A stretch of DNA of 64,000 nt from sequence record PP793740.1. One strand, given 5' to 3'. The notes under the pieces are model-generated. The model was not told the origin of the DNA. It saw only the letters and a list, made by a program, of their open reading frames with translations, and did not search any database. Within the stretch, counting starts at the first letter, position 1. Every line of letters begins with the position of its first letter. Below, one piece after another: positions 27,263-36,606 of the stretch. The position numbers were made by a program, and so were the translations under genes.

Positions 27263-27916
27263 TTAATTATTATATTCATCCATCAATTCAGGTAGACGGC
27301 TATCTCTAGGATCTAAGATTTCAGACCAATCAATTGGCATATATGGCTCATCAGATTCATTTTTATTTAACCATTCTTCTAGTCTCTTTACATCATCGGA
27401 CCAGTATAGGTTATACATAGTTGGCACATTTGCATCTAATGCCAACTGCCACGCTGTATTAGTACCACCACTAATTACAGAGGTTGGTGTCTTTTGTTCA
27501 CCGTATGCAATAATAGTTGAAACAGGTTCACGTAAAGTATGGCCATGAATTTGAAATACATTACGAGTATGTAGTTCAATACCTGTTCTACCTAAACCAT
27601 TGAAACTTCCCCGAGCTGCACAGGCCATTGCCATAGCTGTGGGAATGGTATCAGTATATACGGAGGCATCATGAAACCACGCTAGATTCTCAATTCGTCT
27701 TCCAAGAAATCCATTTCGAATAATGTAAATACGACTTTCTACTGTATCCCATTTATCAGACTGAATTGCACCATACCAACCAGCTCTATCTGATCCATAT
27801 GCATCGCCTGATGAAATACCTATACCTAGATCAACAAATGTTCTTCCTGCGCGTATCATCAATTCTAGGGCCCATGTAGGGGCATAGCGACTACCGACAA
27901 TAGCTGTCATTGCCAT
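27263..27916 (-). CDS. Stand-alone SLOG-superfamily (DprA/Smf-like) nucleotide-binding protein
   Basis: AIVGSR, ISSGDAYGSDRAG, GGTNTAWQLA...VP motifs. Confidence 0.8.
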   Translation of the reverse strand: MAMTAIVGSRYAPTWALELMIRAGRTFVDLGIGISSGDAYGSDRAGWYGAIQSDKWDTVESRIYIIRNGFLGRRIENLAWFHDASVYTDTIPTAMAMACAARGSFNGLGRTGIELHTRNVFQIHGHTLREPVSTIIAYGEQKTPTSVISGGTNTAWQLALDANVPTMYNLYWSDDVKRLEEWLNKNESDEPYMPIDWSEILDPRDSRLPELMDEYNN

Positions 27917-28626
27917 TATCTAACCCTCATTAGAAGACGGATATCACCGTACTTAAGAACGGCATTTCGGACTTGATAAATAAAAGGTTTAAATTCTTTT
28001 CGCTGTTGATCAGCCGTGAGTGTATAAGTTACTTTGATAGGTTCATTAGGAACATTGCAGAAAGATAGATAACGCGATACTCGACGTAGATTACGTAGGT
28101 GATTCTTACCACATTTAGGCCCGACTCGTTGTAACCGACCGTCGATAACCTTCCAATCATAATTAGCTTTAAGGTTTAGAGAATAAAAACTTTCAGTTAA
28201 ATTCTTATAATACTGTAATTGTTTTTGAGAGATTTTATTAATTTTTGGTTCATCTGTTACAAGACGTGGGCTATACCGTGAATAGCAATCTGGTTCTGAC
28301 ATACGATCCCAGGACATATAAGTATATAGACTCATATATACTGTTTTAGTAACTGGTTTAAGCTCACTCATACCTTTTAGAATAGCTTCACCACTAATCC
28401 ATGCATCACAGCGTGGATCATCATCATAACTACTCCACCATTCTGGTTTCTTTTTCAGATCATCAGGAACACCATTATGGTAAGCAAATGGTTTTACATC
28501 CCAATAATTGCGAATATCAAGTAGATATGCATAAAGATCATAATTCTGTGTTAGTTCAATATCTTCGATACCAATCCATTCATTATTTACTTTAGCTTGA
28601 GTTTCTAAATATACATAATCACCCAT
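27916..28626 (-). CDS. Conserved phage hypothetical protein
   Basis: NYDLYAYLLDIRN...GVPDD motif; coupled to SLOG gene. Confidence 0.8.
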   Translation of the reverse strand: MGDYVYLETQAKVNNEWIGIEDIELTQNYDLYAYLLDIRNYWDVKPFAYHNGVPDDLKKKPEWWSSYDDDPRCDAWISGEAILKGMSELKPVTKTVYMSLYTYMSWDRMSEPDCYSRYSPRLVTDEPKINKISQKQLQYYKNLTESFYSLNLKANYDWKVIDGRLQRVGPKCGKNHLRNLRRVSRYLSFCNVPNEPIKVTYTLTADQQRKEFKPFIYQVRNAVLKYGDIRLLMRVR

Positions 28627-28830
28627 TTTCTTTATTTCCTGTATTAGATTAATATAAATGTTTTATAACAACTATTTCAATATTGAATAACGTATTATTG
28701 GTTGTTTTAATTTACTACTCAACCTGATAATGTGTAATACGTCTATCTATATATCTCTTTTCTCTGGTGAAGAGCATTAGCATTATTCCAAGGTAGAGTC
28801 CTTATTCTATTAAACATATAAGTAAATAAT

Positions 28831-28852
28831 CCCTCCCCAATAAAGGGGAGGG
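28831..28852 (-). terminator. Intrinsic terminator
   Basis: CCCTCCCC/GGGGAGGG. Confidence 0.8.
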
Positions 28853-28868
28853 TATATGTTATCTTAAT

Positions 28869-29270
28869 TCATGCTTTTGAAAGATCATATTTAATAGCTT
28901 CATCTTTCATAGGAGTTAATACAATAGTCACTTTTTCAAAACCATGTATATCCCTACCATTATAAGAAATATCAATACTCTCCCAATCCTGGTTAACTAC
29001 TTCAGCATGAAGAATATTTTTAATATTGATAGCATCTGTTTTATCAAACCATTTAAAAACCTTTGGGTTAAATACAAGTTCGAAAGTAGTTTGATATGGA
29101 TAGCTTTTCTGTTTAACAAGCCTACTAGATGCTAGTGATGTATTCTCAATATTTCGAATAACATCAATCATTGCTTTACGGATAGTAAGTAATTTACTTT
29201 TCAGAACCAAATCAATAAATGCTGGATCAGTTGTCATTACTTCTTTTACAGATGGAAATGTGATTTCCAT
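28869..29270 (-). CDS. Hypothetical protein
   Basis: GAGGA RBS. Confidence 0.75.
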   Translation of the reverse strand: MEITFPSVKEVMTTDPAFIDLVLKSKLLTIRKAMIDVIRNIENTSLASSRLVKQKSYPYQTTFELVFNPKVFKWFDKTDAINIKNILHAEVVNQDWESIDISYNGRDIHGFEKVTIVLTPMKDEAIKYDLSKA

Positions 29271-29286
29271 AGCATCCTCTTATAGG

Positions 29287-29463
29287 TTAATTATTAAAAG
29301 ATAAATCATAATCACTTTGTCTGCGATTCGGATTAACAGGATCAGGATATTTTCCAGTTTTGATAACTTCTTTTATAGCTCTAAAATCACGTTCTAGAAA
29401 ATCTAGTTTTTTAACTAACTCTTTTTCTAATTCTTTATTGAGTAGTCTTCTTAATTTGCTCAT
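29287..29463 (-). CDS. Small hypothetical protein (58 aa, not in ORF track)
   Basis: MSKLRRLLNKELEKELVKKLDFLERDFRAIKEVIKTGKYPDPVNPNRRQSDYDLSFNN fills the gap. Confidence 0.65.
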   Translation of the reverse strand: MSKLRRLLNKELEKELVKKLDFLERDFRAIKEVIKTGKYPDPVNPNRRQSDYDLSFNN

Positions 29464-29830
29464 CTACGTATACTCTCACAATGAACCAATTGATTAGGCC
29501 AAAACCTTTTGGTGTGATGGTAATGTCATCTTTATATCCATTTTTAGTGATTACATTACGTAATATTTTAATTGCTTCAGGTGGAATAAGATTAGCATTA
29601 CCGGTAACACTATACTCGAAATAATAACCTACACCTGGTAAATAACCTGATGCAATCTGGTTAGTACCTGTGATATTACTAACGTGTTGGAAGTCACTAA
29701 AAGCATTCTTGTAGAATAACAAAATATTAGGAATTACTTCATCCCTAATAGTAGAACTAGTAATGGCATCCGCCGATGGAAAATAAGGTACTAATTCATC
29801 TGTTACATTGGTGCTATTAATATCGGACAT
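29435..29830 (-). CDS. Hypothetical protein (early)
   Basis: GAGGA RBS, downstream of TATATTAC. Confidence 0.75.
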   Translation of the reverse strand: MSDINSTNVTDELVPYFPSADAITSSTIRDEVIPNILLFYKNAFSDFQHVSNITGTNQIASGYLPGVGYYFEYSVTGNANLIPPEAIKILRNVITKNGYKDDITITPKGFGLINWFIVRVYVDEQIKKTTQ

Positions 29831-29876
29831 AATCTTTTCCTCATTATAAAAGGATAAATATCTTTATGGTAATCCT

Positions 29877-29884
29877 GTAATATA
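29877..29884 (-). promoter_or_regulatory. Early promoter motif TATATTAC
   Basis: TTTAAATC-TATATTAC. Confidence 0.75.
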
Positions 29885-29916
29885 GATTTAAATTAATTTA
29901 TAATGAATGGCATAAA

Positions 29917-29935
29917 GGAGCCCACCAGGGGCTCC
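29917..29935. terminator. GC hairpin, probable (bidirectional) terminator
   Basis: GGAGCCC/GGGCTCC flanked by A/T runs on both sides. Confidence 0.7.
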
Positions 29936-29950
29936 TTTAATGTAATAGGT

Positions 29951-30108
29951 CCGACCCCTATCTAGAGGTCGGTGAGTAGCAAGGCACCGTAGTTGGGGTT
30001 CGTGTCGTTCCTGACGATACTTTAGTACCCCGGTTTATTTACGACTGGATCACCCCCTTAAAGTGCAGTGCGTTTTACGCAAACTGCCTTGCTCTATATC
30101 ATTGCACT
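29951..30108 (+). ncRNA. Candidate structured RNA or 5' leader of the helicase gene
   Basis: Several complementary segments found by eye in a GC-rich ORF-free stretch; G-U pairs favour the plus strand. Confidence 0.4.
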
Positions 30109-30180
30109 GTGCGTATTTTTATTCGTTAGCTAATCTTATGACTTAGAGTTATATTTACATACCCCTTAAGGAAAAATGCA

Positions 30181-32292
30181 ATGATAGACTCATTTAGGAA
30201 GCTAATGGGCTCGCTATCAATTACTGAAACTGATCAAGAAATTATCATCAGTGGTTTTGATGGTGCTGCATTCATTAGAGATATTAACAAGTATTGGCGA
30301 ACCACTAAATTAGCTACGCAGTTATTTAACACGGTTAGTCGTCGTAGTATTTCATTTTATAAATTCTTTGCTCCTGAAATATATTACATGCTAGAAGCAG
30401 TAAAGAATTATAGAAGTAGATACATCTCTATTAAAACTGTTAATGCCATCCGTGAAGCAATGCTTCAATATACCTGGTTAAAAAATACTCGTCCTGTAGA
30501 TACCAACTCTGTACCAGGTAGACTCAATTTCAAGATGTTAGACAAATTGACATTTACACCAGATGAGTCTCAAAAAGCTTATTTTGAAAATTATAATTAT
30601 CGAATTGACCAGTATGGTTTACGTGGTGATATTGTTGCAGGTAAACCTGGTACTGGTAAGACATTCATGACGATGGCTATTGCTGAAATGGTTGAGTCGG
30701 ATATCATTATAGTTGTTTGTGAAAAGAAGTCTATTGATCTAATATGGAAGCCATCTATTATTGAGATGTATAAGGAAAGACAAAAAGTATGGTCGACCAT
30801 TGATGATAAAGCCTACAACGGTCAAAGAATACTTATATCCCATTACCAGGCGCAAGATAAAATAATTGATCTATTAAGAAGCGGTATATTCAAAGGTAAG
30901 AACATTACGGTGATTCTGGATGAATCACACAATATGAACGATCCTAATTCTGCACAATCTCTTAAGTTCCAGCAAATATGTTTTATGTCTAACTCTAATA
31001 ACAGATTATTAGCGTCAGGTACCCCTGTTAAAGCACTTGGTTCTGAATTAGTAAGTGCATTAAGAGTATTAGACGATCTCTTCACCAATGAGGTTGAAGA
31101 ACGTTTTAAGAAAGCATTTGGAAAAGAGACACAGAAAGGATTAGATATTGTCCAACATCGCTTTGGGTTAATTGCGTACGTCATTGAAAAGAAAGATACT
31201 GAGGTTTTACCACCGAGGATAAAAGCGTATCGTATCAAGATACCAAATGGATCACAGTATACTCTTAATGCCATTAAACGTGATTGTGAAGCTTTTATTA
31301 GAGAACGTGTAAAGTTCTATGCTGCGCGCCGACCAGAAGATGAGAAGTATTGGGCTAAACTAATGGCGATACACGAGAACTCTCTTAAGACCCAGGCGCA
31401 GAAAGATGGTTTCGCTCGCTATAAGAATTTGATTAAAATAATTCAGAAGAATCAAGACCCGCGATACATTGGTGAAGAAATTAAAGAATCTAACCAATAT
31501 GAAAAAATGTTTATAGAGCCAACTTTACCTCGTAATGAAATAGCTGCTTTTAGAGATATTAAATCAGTTATAAAATACGTTATGCTAAAGATACAAGGTG
31601 AATGTTTGGGAAGGGTTTTAGGTGCTAAACGCATTCAGTGCCATGTGGACATGGTACCGTATATTGACTGGGTTGGTATCACTGAATCAACTATGAAGAA
31701 AACGATTGCATTTACATCGTTTGTTGAGGTTGTTGATACTGTTGATAAGTACACCAATAAATTAGGTATGCATCCGGCGGTGGTGTATGGTAAAACCAAT
31801 GACAATTTACCTCAAATAATCAGTAGATTTGAGAAAGACCCTAAATTAAATCCATTGGTAGCTACATATGCTTCCCTTTCAACAGCGGTCCGTATGACGA
31901 TGGCTGATACTATGGTGACAATTAATTCACCGTTTAGGCATTACATTCTAGAACAAGCTATTGCTCGAATTTACCGTAAAGGTCAGGATTCACAAACAGT
32001 CGTATATCAATGTACTCTCGATACAGAAGATGAACCGAATATCTCAACAAGGTCAGATGACATTCTAAAATGGAGTCAGGCAATGGTTGAAGCTATTATG
32101 GGTATTAAATCTCCATTTGAGATCACAGAGTCATTAGAAAGTTATGTTGATAAAAATAATAATTTTGATGAAAATAAAATCATTTATCAGATGCTAAAAG
32201 AATCATTTGAGAAGTATGATATCGCAATTGATTTTAATGACTTTGATACACGTATGTATAAACCATATCAGCCCGCATATATGCGGTTTTAA
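30181..32292 (+). CDS. SF2 (SNF2/DEAD-like) helicase, phiKZ gp203-like
   Basis: GKPGTGKT, ILDESH, ASGTP, QAIARIYRKGQ. Confidence 0.92.
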   Translation: MIDSFRKLMGSLSITETDQEIIISGFDGAAFIRDINKYWRTTKLATQLFNTVSRRSISFYKFFAPEIYYMLEAVKNYRSRYISIKTVNAIREAMLQYTWLKNTRPVDTNSVPGRLNFKMLDKLTFTPDESQKAYFENYNYRIDQYGLRGDIVAGKPGTGKTFMTMAIAEMVESDIIIVVCEKKSIDLIWKPSIIEMYKERQKVWSTIDDKAYNGQRILISHYQAQDKIIDLLRSGIFKGKNITVILDESHNMNDPNSAQSLKFQQICFMSNSNNRLLASGTPVKALGSELVSALRVLDDLFTNEVEERFKKAFGKETQKGLDIVQHRFGLIAYVIEKKDTEVLPPRIKAYRIKIPNGSQYTLNAIKRDCEAFIRERVKFYAARRPEDEKYWAKLMAIHENSLKTQAQKDGFARYKNLIKIIQKNQDPRYIGEEIKESNQYEKMFIEPTLPRNEIAAFRDIKSVIKYVMLKIQGECLGRVLGAKRIQCHVDMVPYIDWVGITESTMKKTIAFTSFVEVVDTVDKYTNKLGMHPAVVYGKTNDNLPQIISRFEKDPKLNPLVATYASLSTAVRMTMADTMVTINSPFRHYILEQAIARIYRKGQDSQTVVYQCTLDTEDEPNISTRSDDILKWSQAMVEAIMGIKSPFEITESLESYVDKNNNFDENKIIYQMLKESFEKYDIAIDFNDFDTRMYKPYQPAYMRF

Positions 32293-32303
32293 AGGAGACA
32301 GAA

Positions 32304-32774
32304 ATGTCTGATCCACATTCATCTAATACTGGTGAAGATCTTATTCTTGGGCCTGAAGCCACCAGTGAAGAAATGTATAATGCGATTTTAAGGTGGGTTG
32401 ACAAAGTAACAACCATCCTAGAATCTGGTGGTGGCCCTGGTCCAGGTCCTAGTACTGGTTTAAAACCAATTCTATTTCAAACTGGTACATTAAACCCAGG
32501 AGATGTAGTTACTTATGATCTTTCCAAAGTTATTACTTCTATGGGTGATTATACTCTGGCTACAGCCATCGTTGATCTCAAGATTATCGACCCTGAAACT
32601 ACTAGTCCTACTAGTGGTAAGCTTATTAGCGCTTCTGCTAGTATTGGTTGGGATCTCGATTCATCTACAGGGATTTTAAATATCCGTGGGTATAGCCTGT
32701 CTGTACCAATCACTTATTATATTCGAGTTGACTCACCTATTAAGACGGCTGATATTCCCGTGTATACCCCGTAA
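32304..32774 (+). CDS. Putative virion structural protein (gp202-like)
   Basis: GGAG RBS; GGGPGPGP linker; synteny. Confidence 0.7.
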   Translation: MSDPHSSNTGEDLILGPEATSEEMYNAILRWVDKVTTILESGGGPGPGPSTGLKPILFQTGTLNPGDVVTYDLSKVITSMGDYTLATAIVDLKIIDPETTSPTSGKLISASASIGWDLDSSTGILNIRGYSLSVPITYYIRVDSPIKTADIPVYTP

Positions 32775-32784
32775 GGAGTGAGAA

Positions 32785-34734
32785 ATGCCTTCTATTGTCC
32801 CGTCGCAAGTGCCGGGTCCTGTGGCACTAAACTCTAAAGTTAAATTTAACTTTAGTTCAGATATTCAGAAGGTGTATTATACAGTGAGCCCGGAGTTACC
32901 TCCGGTGCTCTCTGAATACATTGCTTATGATGGTGACCCTGCAACAGGTGGTAGTCCATTTATTGCTGTTGTGCAAGATGGCACTGGTAATGTTCTTTAT
33001 GATTGTAGTTTTCCAAAATTCTATAATTTAAACTATGATACTTACCAAATTCCGGCTAATACAACAAACCCTCAAGATCTATGGGGATGGGTAAGATATT
33101 TTTATAATGCTATTGGGTTTATTAGGAATGGTAGTAAGTACGAATCAACTGGAAAGAAATTCTTAGTAATCACAGATAGTAATCCTAGTGAACCTTATTC
33201 AGTCCTCAATACGTCAGGTAATGGTTTTAAAAAGATACTAGATACGGCTGCTCGTGTACAAGATTCTACCTATGATGTTTATTACCCAGAAATGATGGGT
33301 GGCACAGTAGACCTTACTTTAACAGATCTTAATAAGTATTATGCATGTATTCTATTCTCTACTAAAGATCATAATACTGGTGCATTAACTCCTGAAAGAG
33401 TGAGTCAGGCGACTATTGATAATCTAGCTACTTGGCGTAAATCGGGTAATGGTATCTTTGTTATAACTGATTCTGCTTCAAGAGATTACACTAATATTGA
33501 AGATGCTAAAGAAAATAATGGTAGTTTTGCATTTACCGCTAATAGACTAGCCTTTAATTTTGGTTCTTATTTCTCTGGTGTTGTTGATAGGTCAGATGTT
33601 CAATATACTGTAAATCAGATGCTAAGCTGGTCACCAAAAGCTGCATCATCTGGTTTGTTTACAGGTATGAATAAATCTATTGGTAATGGTCAAGTAACTG
33701 ACTTTGTTATCAAAGGTGATTCAAGTGAAAGTGAGATTAAGCTTGTTACTTTCCCAGCGTATAACAAAGAAGATATTCCTGAATTTACCTTCGATCATAC
33801 TGGCGAGTACATTTACAATTTTCTTTGTACGACATCTGAAAATCCTAATAAACCGTATGCTATTTCATTTAGATTCCAAGTTGGTGTAGATGATGGTATC
33901 TTTGTTGCACGTGATAATGGCCAAGCTATTGATACTACTCAGATACTAACAGCTAAGCGTTATTTTGATCTTAATCTAGGTTACTCAAATGGTACTGACC
34001 ATCAGGATTATCTAGGCGATATTCAAATAAATGGCTATTTAGTTGGATCATTCTTATTTAGTCAGGGCATTACTCAGTGGGATCTGATAACTCATGGATC
34101 AACTCTTTTAATCCATGATAATGATCAGATACGTATTAACGTACGTGTACCTTATACTTACACAATGCAGCATCAGGTGGTACTTAGTTCAAAACCTGCT
34201 TCTCTTTATAATGAAGCATCCCTTATAGGTACAATGGCATGGGATGATTATAAAGGGATAAGTAAAGCTAAAATTTATGAATATATTAATCTTAGCATGA
34301 CCAAGTATATGTATCGTGTAGAGAATGCATATAAGAATAACATTAATATAAAACCAATAGTATTGACTGCATTACGCCGTACATTCCTTGGTGAGACATT
34401 AAATACAGCTAATGTATATGTTTATGATAATAACTCCACATGGGGTAAACTATCACAACGTGTCCAGAACGGACGACATGGTGATATTGTTATCTTTGCA
34501 GATACTTCTAAAGTTGTCCAGTATGATGAACTGGCTTCAACACCTGGCTGGTATGTAATGAAAGATCCAGGATTAGCTGATGTAACAGTAGCTAAACTAG
34601 TTCCATTCTTTGGAAATAACCGAGCTATTAAAAATAGGTTAAAGACTGGTGACATTCTTGATGAGACCACTGGTCAACCAATTTCTTTCCATGCTAATTG
34701 GAAAATAGAAAATGATAAACTTGTAAAAGTTTAA
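32785..34734 (+). CDS. Putative virion structural/tail-associated protein (gp201-like)
   Basis: 649 aa, beta-rich; synteny. Confidence 0.7.
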   Translation: MPSIVPSQVPGPVALNSKVKFNFSSDIQKVYYTVSPELPPVLSEYIAYDGDPATGGSPFIAVVQDGTGNVLYDCSFPKFYNLNYDTYQIPANTTNPQDLWGWVRYFYNAIGFIRNGSKYESTGKKFLVITDSNPSEPYSVLNTSGNGFKKILDTAARVQDSTYDVYYPEMMGGTVDLTLTDLNKYYACILFSTKDHNTGALTPERVSQATIDNLATWRKSGNGIFVITDSASRDYTNIEDAKENNGSFAFTANRLAFNFGSYFSGVVDRSDVQYTVNQMLSWSPKAASSGLFTGMNKSIGNGQVTDFVIKGDSSESEIKLVTFPAYNKEDIPEFTFDHTGEYIYNFLCTTSENPNKPYAISFRFQVGVDDGIFVARDNGQAIDTTQILTAKRYFDLNLGYSNGTDHQDYLGDIQINGYLVGSFLFSQGITQWDLITHGSTLLIHDNDQIRINVRVPYTYTMQHQVVLSSKPASLYNEASLIGTMAWDDYKGISKAKIYEYINLSMTKYMYRVENAYKNNINIKPIVLTALRRTFLGETLNTANVYVYDNNSTWGKLSQRVQNGRHGDIVIFADTSKVVQYDELASTPGWYVMKDPGLADVTVAKLVPFFGNNRAIKNRLKTGDILDETTGQPISFHANWKIENDKLVKV

Positions 34735-34742
34735 CGGCATAA

Positions 34743-34763
34743 GCCCTCCCGCAATGGGAGGGC
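34743..34763. terminator. Bidirectional terminator between convergent genes
   Basis: GCCCTCCC/GGGAGGGC; near-identical inverted copy at 63116. Confidence 0.85.
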
Positions 34764-34774
34764 ATTATGTTGTT

Positions 34775-35434
34775 TTAACCACGCGTTATATTAAATAACC
34801 GTCTTTTCTGATCAAGTAATAAAATAGCGCTTGTGGTAATTTTAATGTTAAACCTACGTTTAGCTAAACTCTGAGCTACTAGTTCAATAGCATCAACTAG
34901 ATCGATTGATTCTATATCACCTGTATTTTTAGATTTACTAATTGGTTTACTAAGAATTTTCCATCCCTTAGTAAAATTACTAGCTGATGGCTTTTGACCT
35001 ATCTTGCTACGAAAAAATAGTCCAACTAATTTACTAGCCAGTTCACGTGGATCATTAAAATCTGCTTCTGGTGAATGTAAGGTAATATTACTGTTTGCCA
35101 GGAATTCATGGTTCTCCGCACGATCCTCGATAGTTTTAGCACGTGGATCAAAATCCCAACAATTAACAGTTATATTTACGTCATTACCATTACGACGTAG
35201 ATCAATACATCTAACGAAATCAGTCATGTCAAACTTACGTTCAACATCACGCATGTCATTAGCAATCTTCTCTAATTCATCGTTATCAGTAATACCAACT
35301 TGCTTAGTAATATCAAAAGTCAAATCGGCTAAAACGGATTGAGGAAAACTGGTTGCGATCAGCAAACGCAGTACGATTTCTGGACGACTTTTTCTATATT
35401 TGTCGCCTGACATCTTCTCAAAGGTGTTAGTCAT
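34775..35434 (-). CDS. Hypothetical, possibly virion-associated protein
   Basis: 219-codon ORF. Confidence 0.75.
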   Translation of the reverse strand: MTNTFEKMSGDKYRKSRPEIVLRLLIATSFPQSVLADLTFDITKQVGITDNDELEKIANDMRDVERKFDMTDFVRCIDLRRNGNDVNITVNCWDFDPRAKTIEDRAENHEFLANSNITLHSPEADFNDPRELASKLVGLFFRSKIGQKPSASNFTKGWKILSKPISKSKNTGDIESIDLVDAIELVAQSLAKRRFNIKITTSAILLLDQKRRLFNITRG

Positions 35435-35453
35435 GATGGCTATCCCAAAAAGG

Positions 35454-35885
35454 TTAGTTCACACCATTTAAACGCTCCCAGTCATCTAGAGTTGCACGAG
35501 CATCAAATAGTGCGTTGTGAAGCATTTTAGAACCTTTTCCACTTAGCTCATGATTTAATTCAAATATAGTTGGTAACTCAACAACTTGTTTACCTTTACC
35601 CATATCCATAGCTTTACCAGTGTAAACCATATCGTTAACATGATTAGCTATAAAATGTAATCGAGCAAACTGACCAAGAAACTTGGCTAGTCTATCATGG
35701 AATTCTTCTAAAGAGATTGGTTCTTTTTGAAGAATAGGAATAACGTTTTCTTTAACCCATTCATCTTCAATATTGTCATATGGTAGAACTTCGTAGAATT
35801 CACAACGTCGATCTTCACTAACAATACCAAGTGAAATAAGAGTACCAGTAGGCGTATCAAATTCTGTATCAACAAAAAGTAACAT
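35454..35885 (-). CDS. DEDDh 3'-5' exo(ribo)nuclease, Rv2179c-like
   Basis: FVDTEF...LISLGIV...FYEV...HNALFDARA. Confidence 0.85.
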   Translation of the reverse strand: MLLFVDTEFDTPTGTLISLGIVSEDRRCEFYEVLPYDNIEDEWVKENVIPILQKEPISLEEFHDRLAKFLGQFARLHFIANHVNDMVYTGKAMDMGKGKQVVELPTIFELNHELSGKGSKMLHNALFDARATLDDWERLNGVN

Positions 35886-35941
35886 AGTAGTTTTCCTTGT
35901 ACGAAAGTCTTATCATAACAATAATGCACTTACGTCAAAAA

Positions 35942-35964
35942 GAGAGAACCATGGCGGTTCTCTC
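35942..35964 (-). terminator. Intrinsic terminator
   Basis: GAGAGAACC/GGTTCTCTC. Confidence 0.75.
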
Positions 35965-35975
35965 CTATAAAAGTA

Positions 35976-36464
35976 TTAGACTTTTAGTCCACGAATATTG
36001 AAGATTATTTGACAAGCTGCAATTATTCTATTTCTAGAAATCTTTACAGGAATTTTGTAGTGGTTGAGTACAGCTTTAGGATTCTCAACACTCATCAATT
36101 CTTTAAGTAATTCGTCGCTAATTTTATTATGTGTCAGGACAAAGGTTGCGACATCGTGGTCCCAGCATCGTTTTATTGCACTACAAGCACGAATATACTT
36201 CTCGGCTAATTCGGGGCTAAAATCTAATGCTTCTAGCCATCTTTTGCGACCAGCAGTGTAAATCACTCGTGTACGAGTATTCGATGGGACAGCTACAATG
36301 TAGCCTGTACCTGGTGTCCTACGCTCTTCAATAGGTCTGATATTCCAATCACCAATCGTCCTAATTAGTGTAGATAAATCATCATTAGCACCATAGTAGC
36401 CAATAGGTAAACCTAAACTTACTTGTGTATCTATTTGGTCTACAGTTTGATGTGTAATAACCAT
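35976..36464 (-). CDS. Hypothetical protein
   Basis: ORF with GGAAG RBS. Confidence 0.75.
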   Translation of the reverse strand: MVITHQTVDQIDTQVSLGLPIGYYGANDDLSTLIRTIGDWNIRPIEERRTPGTGYIVAVPSNTRTRVIYTAGRKRWLEALDFSPELAEKYIRACSAIKRCWDHDVATFVLTHNKISDELLKELMSVENPKAVLNHYKIPVKISRNRIIAACQIIFNIRGLKV

Positions 36465-36573
36465 TGTAGTTCTCTTCCCAATAGGGTTTTATAAACTTCC
36501 ACAAGACTAAACTCCATTATAGCCCTATCAGATTGGGTAATAAAACTTAATAAAAAAAAATATTAAACATAAA

Positions 36574-36595
36574 ACCCTCTCCCGAAGGAGAGGGT
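36574..36595 (-). terminator. Intrinsic terminator, UUCG loop
   Basis: ACCCTCTCC-TTCG-GGAGAGGGT. Confidence 0.85.
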
Positions 36596-36606
36596 AATAT
36601 ATAACT

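Noticed and set aside
30011-30017. CTGACGA matching the hammerhead CUGANGA core
   Set aside because: No GAAA follows the adjacent short stem, so the hammerhead core is incomplete
30030-30060. Minus-strand GGGGGTGATCC resembling a tmRNA/tRNA 5' end
   Set aside because: No T-arm or acceptor 3' partner and no CCA end found
36594-36601. Exact TATATTAC match
   Set aside because: Lies between a stop codon and its terminator stem, overlapping the stem and lacking the upstream TTT element, so probably not a promoter
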